Assembly (NCBI GenBank): GCA_051532055.1
Contig: JAOPTX010000007.1
Location: forward strand, 1-64,000
Direction: 5' to 3'
From: Fibrobacterales bacterium
Lineage (GTDB): Bacteria; Fibrobacterota; Fibrobacteria; Fibrobacterales; JAOPTW01
DNA length: 64,000 nucleotides
Below, piece after piece: positions 1 through 10,111 of the stretch. The first letter of the stretch is position 1. The number at the start of each line of letters is the position of its first letter. The notes beneath the pieces are model-generated. The model saw only the letters and a program-made list of their open reading frames with translations, made no database searches and was not told the origin of the DNA. A program made the translations under genes and the position numbers.

Positions 1-586
1 CTCTCCCTCGTTCACCAATAAGTGCAATCACATTAACTTGTGCCAAACAGTTCCGCGCAATCATTCCCATGGTAACACTTTTACCAACTCCTGAACCAGC
101 AAAGATACCCATGCGTTGCCCACACCCAACAGTTAAAAAACCATCGATTGCTTTAAGACCTGTATGCATTGGCGTTTTAATACGAGTGCGTTTCAGTGCA
201 TTTGGAGGCTCTGCATAGATACTTCTCCGTTCTTCAATTTCAACAGGCCCTTTATCATCCATTGGATTACCAAGACCATCAATAATACGCCCTAACATTG
301 AGCGCGCTAAATCAACTGCCAATGTCTGACCCGTCGTCTGTACAATCATACCCGGGCGAATGCCTTGCATTTGTCCAAGAGGCATCAATAACGTACGACT
401 CTCTTTAAACCCTACAACTTCGGCACGACAGGCAACGCGTTCACCATCCATTATTTCACAGAGTTCACCAATTGCCGCCGATGGGCCCGTACTTTCAATA
501 ACGAGCCCTATAATTTCTGAAATAGTTCCCGACTGCCGATATTCTGGCACCTTTTGAATTGCATGTATAAAGGGATCACTCCACAT
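1..586 (-). CDS. fliI: Flagellar export ATPase FliI (5' part, runs off window start)
   Basis: Manual translation from ATG at 586: MWSDPFIHAIQKVPEYRQSGTISEIIGLVIESTGP...GCGQRMGIFAGSGVGKS...IALIGERGRE. Walker A and GERGRE motif of FliI/YscN; directly follows fliH. Confidence 0.95.
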   Translation of the reverse strand, partial: MWSDPFIHAIQKVPEYRQSGTISEIIGLVIESTGPSAAIGELCEIMDGERVACRAEVVGFKESRTLLMPLGQMQGIRPGMIVQTTGQTLAVDLARSMLGRIIDGLGNPMDDKGPVEIEERRSIYAEPPNALKRTRIKTPMHTGLKAIDGFLTVGCGQRMGIFAGSGVGKSVTMGMIARNCLAQVNVIALIGERGR

Positions 587-587
587 A

Positions 588-1670
588 CTACTCTACCTCA
601 CCCTCGGTATCAGTGAGGGGGGGCTCATCTATAGGGAGTTCGTTCTCAAGTTTATTTTCGTCATCAACGGGCATACTATCATCAGGCCCATGTCCTGGCG
701 TAGTCGACTCATCAGATAGGGTATCTGCTAACTCAGAAGCATCATCAACCTCTAGTTGTTCATATGCATGCTGCATCGCAGAATCAACTTTACCTGCATG
801 TTCTTCTTTTGACGTTTCATCCTCTATCGATTCCAAAGTCTGTTCTACATTCCTATCATGGAGTGCTTTTGCTTCGTCAGACATTTTTGTATCCGCTAAG
901 CCAAAATGCTGTAACGATACGTTAAGCGTATCCTCAATACCCTCTATCACCATATTTACTGAAACATCTACCGTTCCAGATTCAGTTTCAAGAAGACACC
1001 CGCCTCGCGTAATTCGTACATCTTCAAAAACCTGAATGTCTTTCAGTTTACTTTGGACCGGTTTCCAAAACTGCACATCATCTTCAACAGCATCAAAATC
1101 TTCTGGGTTAACCTTTACCACAAGGCTTGTTTCATTGCCCAGCGCCTGAATCCCTTTTTTCACAGAGCGTGTAATGACATCAACAGAAGTTTGAGAAAGA
1201 TGTTGTACAAATTTTAATGCAATTGCACTCGCAATTTTTACTGCCCCCTGCTCTGCCTCCGCAAAGAAGAAGTTTTTCTCTTGTGATAATACTGCAAACA
1301 CATTGGCAAGATTACCTTTGAGAGTATTCAGTTGTGAATGATACTCTCCCGAAGATTCTCGTTTGCCCTCTTCATATCCAAGAGCTTTCCCTTCAGCAAC
1401 ACCACGCTCATGGGCTTGTTTTGCCTTTAGTTCACCTTCTTGACGCACTGAGTCTATTTCTTTTTTTAGAGTATCAATAGTTTTTATAAGAGCAATAATT
1501 TCTTTAGGAGAGCTTTCCCGCACTTCTGCAGGAGGCTCTTTGACTTTATTGCCAACTTTACCCGTTGTCATGGTAGGATATTTCATTCCTCCAACAGAAA
1601 AATGACCTGCATCCTTTGCCTGGGCAGCCTTAAGAATACTCTTAACCGAAACTTTTCCTGACTCATCCAT
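588..1670 (-). CDS. fliH: Flagellar assembly protein FliH with long acidic C-terminal extension
   Basis: AxxxGxxxG repeats (AHERGVAEGKALGYEEGKRE), VKVNPED and ITRGGCLLETESGTVD FliH core; located between fliG and fliI. Confidence 0.9.
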   Translation of the reverse strand: MDESGKVSVKSILKAAQAKDAGHFSVGGMKYPTMTTGKVGNKVKEPPAEVRESSPKEIIALIKTIDTLKKEIDSVRQEGELKAKQAHERGVAEGKALGYEEGKRESSGEYHSQLNTLKGNLANVFAVLSQEKNFFFAEAEQGAVKIASAIALKFVQHLSQTSVDVITRSVKKGIQALGNETSLVVKVNPEDFDAVEDDVQFWKPVQSKLKDIQVFEDVRITRGGCLLETESGTVDVSVNMVIEGIEDTLNVSLQHFGLADTKMSDEAKALHDRNVEQTLESIEDETSKEEHAGKVDSAMQHAYEQLEVDDASELADTLSDESTTPGHGPDDSMPVDDENKLENELPIDEPPLTDTEGEVE

Positions 1671-1679
1671 GATCTACCT

Positions 1680-2750
1680 TTATACCACAATCTCTTCAGC
1701 ACCACCACGGCCACTGATGATAATCTCTCCATCTTCTTCGAGGCGACGAATCACGTCTACTATTTTTTGTTGTGCCTCTTCTACATCCTTAAGCCGTACC
1801 GGCCCCATGTATTCCATATCTTCACGAACACCTTCTGCAGCCCGACTCGACATGTTGTTAAAAAACTTCGTTTGTACTTGTTCAGATGCTCCTTTAAGGG
1901 CAAGTGATAGTTCTTTAGTATCAACCTCTTTCATTGTACGCTGCATGCCTTTATCATCAATCAATGTGATATCTTCAAATACAAACATGAGGTTTTTAAT
2001 TTCTGTAGCGAGCTCCGGGTTGTCTCTTTCGAGATTGCCCAAAATATTTTTCTCTGCACCACGATCAACCAAATTAAGCATTTCAGCAACGGATTGAACA
2101 CCACCAACCTCTGCAGTTTCACCTCGGAACATTGATTTCATTTGAACCGCGAGTACCTGTTCTACCTGAGTTAAAACATCAGGAGAAATAGATTCCATTG
2201 TCGCAATACGAGTTGCCACTTCTACCTGCATCTCTTGAGGAAGTACATTAATAATACCGGCTGCTTTATCGGCACTCATACGAGAAAGGAGGAGTGCGAC
2301 AGTCTGCGGGTGCTCTTTTTGAATAAATGTTGTTAATTGATTAGGGTCAACATTGTCAAGCATGTTAAACCCAGTTGTTCTTATGGAGTTGTGTACTTTT
2401 TCAAGAATCTCTTTTGCCTTACGTGAACCAAGTGCCCCTTCCAAAATCTCTTCAGCATAGCTCAGGCCGCCCTGCGCAATAAATTGCTGTGCCATCGCCA
2501 TATTGTGAAATTCCTCAAGGACCGCCTCACGCATTTCAGGGGTAACCCCCTCAAGTCGTGCAATTTGGGTAGTCAACTGTTCTACTTCAAGATCATTCAG
2601 ATGCTTAAAAATTTCAGATGAGGTCTCCGCTCCAAGTGCGACAAGTACAATAGCAGCTTTTTTAGGTCCAGGAATATCAAATTTTGGTTTCTCTTTTGGA
2701 GCTCCGCCTCCTTCATTCCCTGCTGCATTTTTATAAAAATCCTTAGCCAT
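1680..2750 (-). CDS. fliG: Flagellar motor switch protein FliG
   Basis: KAAIVLVALG, EHPQTVALLL, MFVFED and GPVRLKDVEEAQ motifs. Confidence 0.97.
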   Translation of the reverse strand: MAKDFYKNAAGNEGGGAPKEKPKFDIPGPKKAAIVLVALGAETSSEIFKHLNDLEVEQLTTQIARLEGVTPEMREAVLEEFHNMAMAQQFIAQGGLSYAEEILEGALGSRKAKEILEKVHNSIRTTGFNMLDNVDPNQLTTFIQKEHPQTVALLLSRMSADKAAGIINVLPQEMQVEVATRIATMESISPDVLTQVEQVLAVQMKSMFRGETAEVGGVQSVAEMLNLVDRGAEKNILGNLERDNPELATEIKNLMFVFEDITLIDDKGMQRTMKEVDTKELSLALKGASEQVQTKFFNNMSSRAAEGVREDMEYMGPVRLKDVEEAQQKIVDVIRRLEEDGEIIISGRGGAEEIVV

Positions 2751-2821
2751 TACTTCCCCACCCTTTGCCTATTCTGCCTGTCTTTAAAAAATAACCTAAT
2801 TTAAAATTGCCCAACCTAATT

Positions 2822-4375
2822 TTACTCATTATCGGCAGTTTCACCACTCTCCAACCACGTACGGATCAATTCAGCAACATTACTTGGATTATTCTGAGTC
2901 ATCTCTTCCATTCTATCAAGCATTTCATTTTGACGACGTACAGCCTCTGGCACTTCATCTTCTTCAACTTCAAGATCAATACCCGCATATTTGGGAAGTG
3001 GTGGATTCATTGCTGTTGCAACATTACGGATCACCGTTCTCAGGAATACAAATCCCATTAATACCACTGCGAGTATCACGAGTCTTAAACCCCACTTCTC
3101 TATTTTATCAGCCAAGGCAACTTCTTTCATTGCAGAAAGCTCATTTTCGAGATAACTATTGTCAAATTGAACATTTGCCACAAAAATTTCATCGTGTCCA
3201 GTCTCATCAAAGCCGACTGCATTTTTAACCAACCGGGTCAACACATCTATCTCTTCTTCTTTACGTGGTACATATATTCTTTTACCATCGTCATAGCTAT
3301 AGGTCCCATCAACAGCAACTGATACCGTAATTCTTTTACGGCTCCCTGGAGCGTTAACAATATGGGCTACTGTACGGTCAATTTCATAGTTTGTTATTGC
3401 GCCTTCTTTTACTTCATCACCTATTGCAGGGCTATTTCGACGCGTCCCATCATCACGCTGTTCTGAACGAACCACTTTTTTCTTAGGATCAAATGACTCT
3501 ACTTTTTTACTAATCTGATCAAAATCAAGAGTAGTACTCACCTTTACTCGAGCGCGATTTTTACCTAGCACTCCTTCGAGGATCGATACTACTTTAGTTT
3601 CAAGGTTGCGTTCTACACTCTTTTTTAGCTCCATATTATGATCAGTCTGTTCTGCAATTTCATTATCTGCAAAACCACGAGTGAGCATATTACCATGCTG
3701 ATCTAAAACCGTTACTTTACGTGCCTTTAAATTGTCGATCGCACTTGAGACCAAGTGAGTTATACCCCGAACCTGCTTTTTAGTAATCTCTTCACCAGGA
3801 TGAATTTTAATAATGACTGACGCTTCAGCCTCTTCCATTTTTTCCGTGAAAATAGTTCTCTTTGGGACTGCAATATGAACACGCGCTTGGTCAATTGCTT
3901 TGATTGTTTCAATACTTCTGGTCAACTCTGCCTCGACCGCGCGTTTATAATTAAGGTTTTGTACAAAGTCGGTCACACCTAACTGCATTTTATCAAAAAT
4001 TTCATACCCTTTACCTGACTGCTGTGGAAGTCCGGCTCGGGCTAGTTCCATTCGTACATCATGTACCACTTTTTTAGGCACAAGAATAGTTCTACCATCA
4101 TTCTCGAGTTTAAATGGGTGATCACTCTCTTTTAGATGATCAACAATTGCCGCCGCTTCTTGTAAATCAACATTTGCAAAGAGCGTTACGTACCCATCAT
4201 CTTGACCATTTATAGAGTTGATCGCAATAGCCAACACTAATCCAACAAAAGTTATCAGAAAAACAGAGGCTAAAATTGTCTTTTGTAGCGTATTAAAGCG
4301 TACCCAGATATTTCTGAGTTGTATAAGCATCTGTTTAAAAAAATCTGACATGTTACTCTCCTGCCTTGCGGCCAT
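2822..4375 (-). CDS. fliF: Flagellar MS-ring protein FliF (start may be MSDFF at ~4351)
   Basis: N-terminal TM, GYEIFDK..GVTDFVQNLNYKRA.E.EL.R.I, ARVHIAVP, second TM, C-terminal NPSNVAELIRTWL. Confidence 0.96.
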   Translation of the reverse strand: MAARQESNMSDFFKQMLIQLRNIWVRFNTLQKTILASVFLITFVGLVLAIAINSINGQDDGYVTLFANVDLQEAAAIVDHLKESDHPFKLENDGRTILVPKKVVHDVRMELARAGLPQQSGKGYEIFDKMQLGVTDFVQNLNYKRAVEAELTRSIETIKAIDQARVHIAVPKRTIFTEKMEEAEASVIIKIHPGEEITKKQVRGITHLVSSAIDNLKARKVTVLDQHGNMLTRGFADNEIAEQTDHNMELKKSVERNLETKVVSILEGVLGKNRARVKVSTTLDFDQISKKVESFDPKKKVVRSEQRDDGTRRNSPAIGDEVKEGAITNYEIDRTVAHIVNAPGSRKRITVSVAVDGTYSYDDGKRIYVPRKEEEIDVLTRLVKNAVGFDETGHDEIFVANVQFDNSYLENELSAMKEVALADKIEKWGLRLVILAVVLMGFVFLRTVIRNVATAMNPPLPKYAGIDLEVEEDEVPEAVRRQNEMLDRMEEMTQNNPSNVAELIRTWLESGETADNE

Positions 4376-4395
4376 ACAATTCCGTACAGAACAAC

Positions 4396-4416
4396 ATAAA
4401 GCGAGTATCGTGCCAG
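4396..4416 (-). promoter_or_regulatory. Sigma54 (RpoN)-type -24/-12 promoter for fliF-fliI
   Basis: Minus strand CTGGCACGATACTCGCTTTAT: GG and GC at sigma54 spacing, ~20 nt upstream of fliF; near-identical motif upstream of flgB. Confidence 0.8.
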
Positions 4417-4565
4417 TTTTTTACTTGAGTTTACATAGTGAAAAGGGCTATTTTGAGCTAAATTCGAAGGTAAAAGTTAAAGCAATTGTTGAGAAACAGG
4501 CAGGAGCACCTATTTTTGCCTCATTCAAGGAAGAATTTTCCCCTCGATCTACAGCCTTCTTACTA

Positions 4566-4593
4566 TAGATCGGGAGAATTCAAAAATACTTGA
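4566..4593 (-). promoter_or_regulatory. Sigma28 (FliA)-like promoter upstream of fliF
   Basis: Minus strand TCAAG-N15-CCGATCTA; imperfect match to TAAAG-N15-CCGATA. Confidence 0.45.
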
Positions 4594-4625
4594 GTGTTTT
4601 TAATAGAAATCCATTTTGTAGGTGA

Positions 4626-6491
4626 TTACTTTCGACGAGTAACCCAAGATTCTTTGATCTGATTAAGACTCACTATATCGCTTTCAATTGACTTCATATA
4701 TGCAGCAGTATATATGCCTTTATTTTCAACAACTGTACGAGTCAATATGAGTTCTTTTCGCTTTTTCTTTTTCGTACAGGTCACCACAAACATATCATTC
4801 TCAACTTCTTTACAGGCAAATTTATAGGTAACTTTTTTCTTACCTGTTACTATTGATACCTTTTCTGTTACTTTTGAACGAACAGTAGTTACCCAGTCGA
4901 TTGTACGTTCTGCATCATATCCCTCATAGTAGCCCATAAAATACCCCCCAATATTCTTCATCTCTTTTCTCTTTTTCTTAATCAAGGGAGTCTTATTATT
5001 GAACTGAACGACACTTACAAATTTACTTTCACGAACATCACTATTATTAAAAAACACCTTCCTTACAGCATTTGCTTTATCCATCGTCGTTAAATAATCC
5101 TGAACAAATTCCACTCTATCTTTCTCATCAAGGTACGGAATATTTGACCGCAAATACATTGAAGTGATACCATCCCAGGTGATAGTTATGGTATCACTCT
5201 TATCATCATAGGGATGCGCTTCAATTTCATGAGCAATGCTACTCTCTTTAAAGTCTGATAATGGCAGTTTTTTTACACGCCCATCAACCAATGCCACCCC
5301 AGAAAGTCCATCATAGTCTACCGGAAGAAACCCCGCTAGACTCCCTTTCCAGTAAGGCCAAATAGGATAATCTTCTTCGCTATGCACTACAATAAGTGGT
5401 ATCTGACAAGCCATAGGATTTATAAATCCTGGATCAAAACCAAGCTCACTATGTGCCCGGGTAAGATACACTGAATAATCAATTTCAGCAAGTTTAAGCA
5501 TCTCAGCTGTAAAAGCAGCGATACCCCATGCATTAGCTTCACCACTCCTTAACACCTCATCAGGATCAATTTTCTTTAGATTCATTGATTTCAATGTGAT
5601 ATTATTTTGAACGTAATTAAGAATTGCATCGACTGTCTCATCGCTCGACTTATCCTTTGAAAGGTCTTTTACTACTCTACTAATCTTACTATTGGAGCTA
5701 AAATAAGTTCGTCCATAAAAATATTGTTCATACTCTTTTGTTATATCACCCCAACTTTCTAGTCCAACAGAATAGTAACCACTAATTTTACTCACCGTAA
5801 ACACTATGCGGGGAGCAATGACATCAAGCGGCTTTGTATTGCTCAAATTACTTATGGGCATAAGATTATTTTTACGATACACCCGATGAGTAAACCCCTC
5901 TGAATTCGACACTTTTGGAGCACCAATATTACCATATCCTTTTAACTTAAATTTACTCGATGAGTGGTGTGAAAAATTAAATGACGCTTCTTTAACGGGA
6001 ATCTTAAATGCCATAAGGAGTTCACCAACCCATACCTGCACCGAATGTGTGTGTTCAATATATACCTCAATAATCACCCCCGGAGTCACATTTTTCAGGA
6101 CAACTTTACCCTTTCTCTTATAACTTTTTTTAAGTGCTGCAATATCTTGGGGTATCAGCTGATTATCTTTACCCACCACTTTAATATTGAATTTAGTGAG
6201 ACCTTTTTTATTGTTATTAAAATATAGGGTCCCATATTGAGTTCCTTTCTGAGAGGTTATGACCAACCTCTGACGGTGTACAAACCGATAGCTGTACCTA
6301 TCCGACAGAGGTATTTTTTTACCATACTCAACATATTTTTCATCGTATTCAAGGTAGGCCCCATACTTTTTCCATTCCGTGGGATCGCTGGGGGTTCCTG
6401 ACGAAGGTTGAAACTTAAGCGGGGAGTGCATGGTGCAATTGCTCAATAACAATCCTAATATTCCAAATAGTATTAGATTTTTCATTTCCAA
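4626..6491 (-). CDS. DUF3857/transglutaminase-like lipoprotein, catalytic Cys apparently absent
   Basis: Lipobox-like LLLSNC; VTPGVIIE, ESWGDI and ILNYVQNNI architecture typical of DUF3857-TGase proteins; GEANAWG at the position of the usual GdCkd motif. Confidence 0.75.
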   Translation of the reverse strand: MEMKNLILFGILGLLLSNCTMHSPLKFQPSSGTPSDPTEWKKYGAYLEYDEKYVEYGKKIPLSDRYSYRFVHRQRLVITSQKGTQYGTLYFNNNKKGLTKFNIKVVGKDNQLIPQDIAALKKSYKRKGKVVLKNVTPGVIIEVYIEHTHSVQVWVGELLMAFKIPVKEASFNFSHHSSSKFKLKGYGNIGAPKVSNSEGFTHRVYRKNNLMPISNLSNTKPLDVIAPRIVFTVSKISGYYSVGLESWGDITKEYEQYFYGRTYFSSNSKISRVVKDLSKDKSSDETVDAILNYVQNNITLKSMNLKKIDPDEVLRSGEANAWGIAAFTAEMLKLAEIDYSVYLTRAHSELGFDPGFINPMACQIPLIVVHSEEDYPIWPYWKGSLAGFLPVDYDGLSGVALVDGRVKKLPLSDFKESSIAHEIEAHPYDDKSDTITITWDGITSMYLRSNIPYLDEKDRVEFVQDYLTTMDKANAVRKVFFNNSDVRESKFVSVVQFNNKTPLIKKKRKEMKNIGGYFMGYYEGYDAERTIDWVTTVRSKVTEKVSIVTGKKKVTYKFACKEVENDMFVVTCTKKKKRKELILTRTVVENKGIYTAAYMKSIESDIVSLNQIKESWVTRRK

Positions 6492-8350
6492 ATAATTCCT
6501 TCAATAAATTTTTGTTGATCCTTATAAAAACGAATTTTCTCTTTACGCTCATGGGGATAAAATAATCTTTTCTCTAATGCAAATTTTCGAGAGACTGTTC
6601 GTTTTTTTCGCCGCCACTTACCACTACAAAAATCTGTAGTTACTTTACCCGCCTCAAGATCACGATATCCTCGCGGAAGTTTCCAGCTATCTTTTTGAAT
6701 AAGGTTATGCACCATGCGCGGCCCCTCTAAATAGCGAGTCGTATAAGAAAATTCTTTGTTATAAAGATAGGGGGTATTTAATTGAAACCCTCCCGCATCC
6801 ATCTCTATATAATTTTTATGAAAGTCAGCATCATATGCAAAGGTCACTTTGTCTGAAGTTAAATCTTTAATGATAATCTCATCACTTACAATTTTAAACG
6901 CCTCTGCTAAAAAATCTTTAAGCGCAAGATTGTCCATCTCCTGACCAATTGCATTATAGCGCATATAAAAATAAAAAGCCGGTGTACCTTCTAGATCTAT
7001 CGTCCCTTTCATACGCCATCGTTTATTTTTTTTATCTTGATAGATACTATTTTTAGTTTCCACTACATTAAGATCAGGGTTCCCCACAATAGAGTCGGGC
7101 ACCGCACCACTCGTAGTGAGAGCGACCACTTTTCTACCAATCAACGGGTAATAACTATTTGACCACTCAGCCTTTTGAATTGTAGGGTCAATATATAGAT
7201 ATCCATCATCAGTCTTAACTCGCGCTATCATATGATTGAAATAACCAAGCCCCGGGTAGGCATCCACCTGCTGTAATCCTCCATTATTTACGAGTACCAA
7301 TTCAACATCAACACCTACTTCTCTCAGTATCGCTTTATACATCGAAGCGAGTTCTTTACAATCTGCAAGACCTGTTTTAACAATTTTTTTAACATCTCGA
7401 GGAATATAAGCATGATAGGCACGTTCATCAGCATGATAGCGAAATGTCCTCTTCAACAGATTAAAGCCCTCTTTTAATTTATCAGTTTTATTTCTTCCTT
7501 TTATTTGACTTGCGAAGTGCCTTATGTTTGCATCACCTGTAAGATTTTGTTCTATCTGCTTATAATAATAGTTCCCAATTTCTGCCCAACTCATTGAACG
7601 TGTCCCCACAGGAGGTAACGACATATAAAACGCACAATACCAGAGTTCCTTTAAGTATGACGAGTCAGATCTATCTATTTTATGTAATTCCCTAGATTCA
7701 AGAGTAACTCTTTGAGTTGTCCCAGCCTTTTTCTCTGTAAAGGTCACTTTAAGCTTCTCACTATTCTCAACCCCATACTTTATCTTCATAGATGTAGGAT
7801 ATTCAAGGACCACTTTTTTATGAAGTACCGGAACCATGCTTCTCATGAATACTCGAGCTCGATGTTCTGGTTTAAAAATACTTCGCTTAATCACTCTTTT
7901 TATGATCATTCCATCGGTATATCGTGAAAATGTGACCGCAGTCCCCCAACCATTCGACTCATCTATTCCTTCATTTTTCAACCTAAAACGATACATACCC
8001 TTTTTTCTCTTTGTAGCCCCATCAGCAAAAAATGCTGTAGCTGTTAATTGAGCAGGATTCTCAATAGATTCAAAATCATACGCTACTAAACTTTTCAACT
8101 CATCATTTTTTGCTGATTGAACATAATACCAAGTCGTATGAATAACTTCCAAGGAGTTAAACTCGGCATTCTGCTTGAGGGTATAGTGTTCTTCATCAGA
8201 AAGTACCACATACGGTTCATCTTTCCATTTATCAGGAATATCTATTTGGCTGGCAGTATACTCATCGGGTAACACCGATTTTGGAGCAACACAGCCTGCG
8301 AGCCCCCAAACGAAAAGGAAACATAGAAATAGGGAATATTTGAAATACAT
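6482..8350 (-). CDS. DUF3857/transglutaminase-like cysteine protease-fold lipoprotein with intact triad
   Basis: Lipobox LAGC; GLADCKELAS (Cys), FNHMIARV (His), YIDPT (Asp). Confidence 0.85.
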   Translation of the reverse strand: MYFKYSLFLCFLFVWGLAGCVAPKSVLPDEYTASQIDIPDKWKDEPYVVLSDEEHYTLKQNAEFNSLEVIHTTWYYVQSAKNDELKSLVAYDFESIENPAQLTATAFFADGATKRKKGMYRFRLKNEGIDESNGWGTAVTFSRYTDGMIIKRVIKRSIFKPEHRARVFMRSMVPVLHKKVVLEYPTSMKIKYGVENSEKLKVTFTEKKAGTTQRVTLESRELHKIDRSDSSYLKELWYCAFYMSLPPVGTRSMSWAEIGNYYYKQIEQNLTGDANIRHFASQIKGRNKTDKLKEGFNLLKRTFRYHADERAYHAYIPRDVKKIVKTGLADCKELASMYKAILREVGVDVELVLVNNGGLQQVDAYPGLGYFNHMIARVKTDDGYLYIDPTIQKAEWSNSYYPLIGRKVVALTTSGAVPDSIVGNPDLNVVETKNSIYQDKKNKRWRMKGTIDLEGTPAFYFYMRYNAIGQEMDNLALKDFLAEAFKIVSDEIIIKDLTSDKVTFAYDADFHKNYIEMDAGGFQLNTPYLYNKEFSYTTRYLEGPRMVHNLIQKDSWKLPRGYRDLEAGKVTTDFCSGKWRRKKRTVSRKFALEKRLFYPHERKEKIRFYKDQQKFIEGIIWK

Positions 8351-8384
8351 AACGCTCTCTAAAAATAAAGTGAGCTATAAATAT

Positions 8385-8416
8385 AAAAAAACCGAAAGAG
8401 AAGACTCTTTCGGTTT
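8385..8416 (-). terminator. Intrinsic terminator after fliE
   Basis: aaaccgaaagag-aaga-ctctttcggttt perfect 12-bp stem, followed by a T run on the minus strand. Confidence 0.85.
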
Positions 8417-8441
8417 AAAAATTGTAAGTGAGATGCATTGA

Positions 8442-8750
8442 TTAGCCACGCATTTTTATCAATTCTTGATAGGCTTCCATTGTTTTGTTCCGTATCTCGA
8501 GCATCATATTAAATGCAACCTTAGCTTCACCAACAGCAAGCATTACCTGGTGTACATCTTTGATTTCACCTGCCACCATTTTCTGAATAGACTCATCAGC
8601 TGTATGCTGCATTTTGTTCACATCTTTAATGAAGCCGGTAAGCATATCATCGAACCCAGGAGTGCCTTTGGCATCCTTCTTGATACTTTTTACTTCAAAC
8701 CCTTCCTGGGCTTTCTTTAGGGGGTCCATCCCTTTCATAGGGTCCATCAT
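8442..8750 (-). CDS. fliE: Flagellar hook-basal body protein FliE
   Basis: DVHQVMLA..EAKVAFNMMLEIRNKTMEAYQELIKM motif. Confidence 0.96.
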   Translation of the reverse strand: MMDPMKGMDPLKKAQEGFEVKSIKKDAKGTPGFDDMLTGFIKDVNKMQHTADESIQKMVAGEIKDVHQVMLAVGEAKVAFNMMLEIRNKTMEAYQELIKMRG

Positions 8751-8760
8751 TCTTAACCTC

Positions 8761-9120
8761 CTACGCCATCATATCAACGTAATTGCCCAAATTCCTTTTC
8801 GTAGGGCGGTTTGGCTCTGTGTCTAAATCTACATTATTCGCCTGTATACTGCTAGAAATATAATTATTTGCAATTGCACCAACAGACTTTATCATTGTAG
8901 TTACCGAGGGAGCTTCCAGCTTCTCGATATTATTTTTTCGGATTGTTTCGAGGTCAACTTGAGGCATTTTCTTATCAAGATTTTGCTCTTTTCGTTTTGC
9001 TTCAAGAATCGTCCGCCAATCGCCGCCCGATTGTGCATTTGTTTCACGCGGCGCCATATTATTTCGCATCTGTGCTTGCTGGCGTATCGCTTCAAAATTG
9101 TTAAATCCGACTGTGTTCAT
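8761..9120 (-). CDS. Hypothetical protein inside the flgBC-fliE operon, C-terminal LGxxVDxxA motif
   Basis: Tightly packed between flgC and fliE with GAGG SD; ends ...RNLGNYVDMMA. Confidence 0.8.
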   Translation of the reverse strand: MNTVGFNNFEAIRQQAQMRNNMAPRETNAQSGGDWRTILEAKRKEQNLDKKMPQVDLETIRKNNIEKLEAPSVTTMIKSVGAIANNYISSSIQANNVDLDTEPNRPTKRNLGNYVDMMA

Positions 9121-9137
9121 CCGTAAACCTCAAATCT

Positions 9138-9644
9138 TTATAGTTTCAACGCTTCCATGAGCATTGCTTTTGTTGAACTAAATGCGGTAACATTCGCTTC
9201 GTATGCGCGAGTTGCTGAAATCATATCAGTCATTTCTTGTACAACATTTATATTAGGCATTGCTACATAACCCTCTTTATTAGCATCAGGGTGCTTAGGG
9301 TCATATACCAATCGAGGCGCATTATCATCTTGATGAATCTCAGCAACCTTAACTCCACTCCCAATATATTCTCGATCAATTATAAATTCAGAATCAGGGA
9401 TATCCATATGATTCTGATGGGTGAACTTTCCCTGTAATTTTGGTGGTCCAAATACAAACTTTTTATTGTATTCTTCTGGATCGGCCTCAAAAATGACCGT
9501 TTGTTTCTTATAGGGGCCACCCTCATCAGTTCTCGTTGTCTCTGCATTGGCAAGGTTTGATGCAATAACATTTTGGCGCACTCTTTGTGCTCTCAGCCCT
9601 GTGGCTGAAATATTGAGTCCTGTAAACATTCCTACTAATGGCAT
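9138..9644 (-). CDS. flgC: Flagellar basal-body rod protein FlgC
   Basis: ASNLANAETTRT..GGPYK, YDPKHPDA..GYVAMPNINVVQEMTDMISATRAYEAN. Confidence 0.97.
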   Translation of the reverse strand: MPLVGMFTGLNISATGLRAQRVRQNVIASNLANAETTRTDEGGPYKKQTVIFEADPEEYNKKFVFGPPKLQGKFTHQNHMDIPDSEFIIDREYIGSGVKVAEIHQDDNAPRLVYDPKHPDANKEGYVAMPNINVVQEMTDMISATRAYEANVTAFSSTKAMLMEALKL

Positions 9645-9659
9645 AGCATTACCTCCCTA

Positions 9660-10079
9660 TTACCCTCTGAGTTTAATAGCAGCATTCACATCCGCCATTC
9701 TCTCAGAAATAAATTTTGCGCCATAACTAAACAGAATTTGATTCTCTGCAAGCTTTGACATTTCAATATCGACATCAACATTATTGATTTCCCCAGGAAG
9801 CGTTGGATCTTCCGCACGATAGGCCTGTGGATTTATTTTATTGAGATCTGGGCGCCCTAAATAAAAGTGATTTCTACTCGTTCTATCACCCTGTATATTC
9901 TTTTCATTAAGAGCCTCACGTAATTGCTCTTCAAAACGCACTTCTATACGGTTATACCCTGGCGTGCTCACGTTAGCTAAGTTATTTGCGAGGGCTTTTG
10001 ATCTAAGAGCACTCGCATCAAGACTTTTTGATGCTACAGTGATCGATGTTCTATCGTAGATTCCCAATTTGGCCAGCAT
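9660..10079 (-). CDS. flgB: Flagellar basal-body rod protein FlgB
   Basis: ANNLANVSTPGY and NNVDVDIEMSKLAENQI. Confidence 0.96.
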   Translation of the reverse strand: MLAKLGIYDRTSITVASKSLDASALRSKALANNLANVSTPGYNRIEVRFEEQLREALNEKNIQGDRTSRNHFYLGRPDLNKINPQAYRAEDPTLPGEINNVDVDIEMSKLAENQILFSYGAKFISERMADVNAAIKLRG

Positions 10080-10111
10080 ATTACATTCATTGTATAACTA
10101 TCTACATTCAT

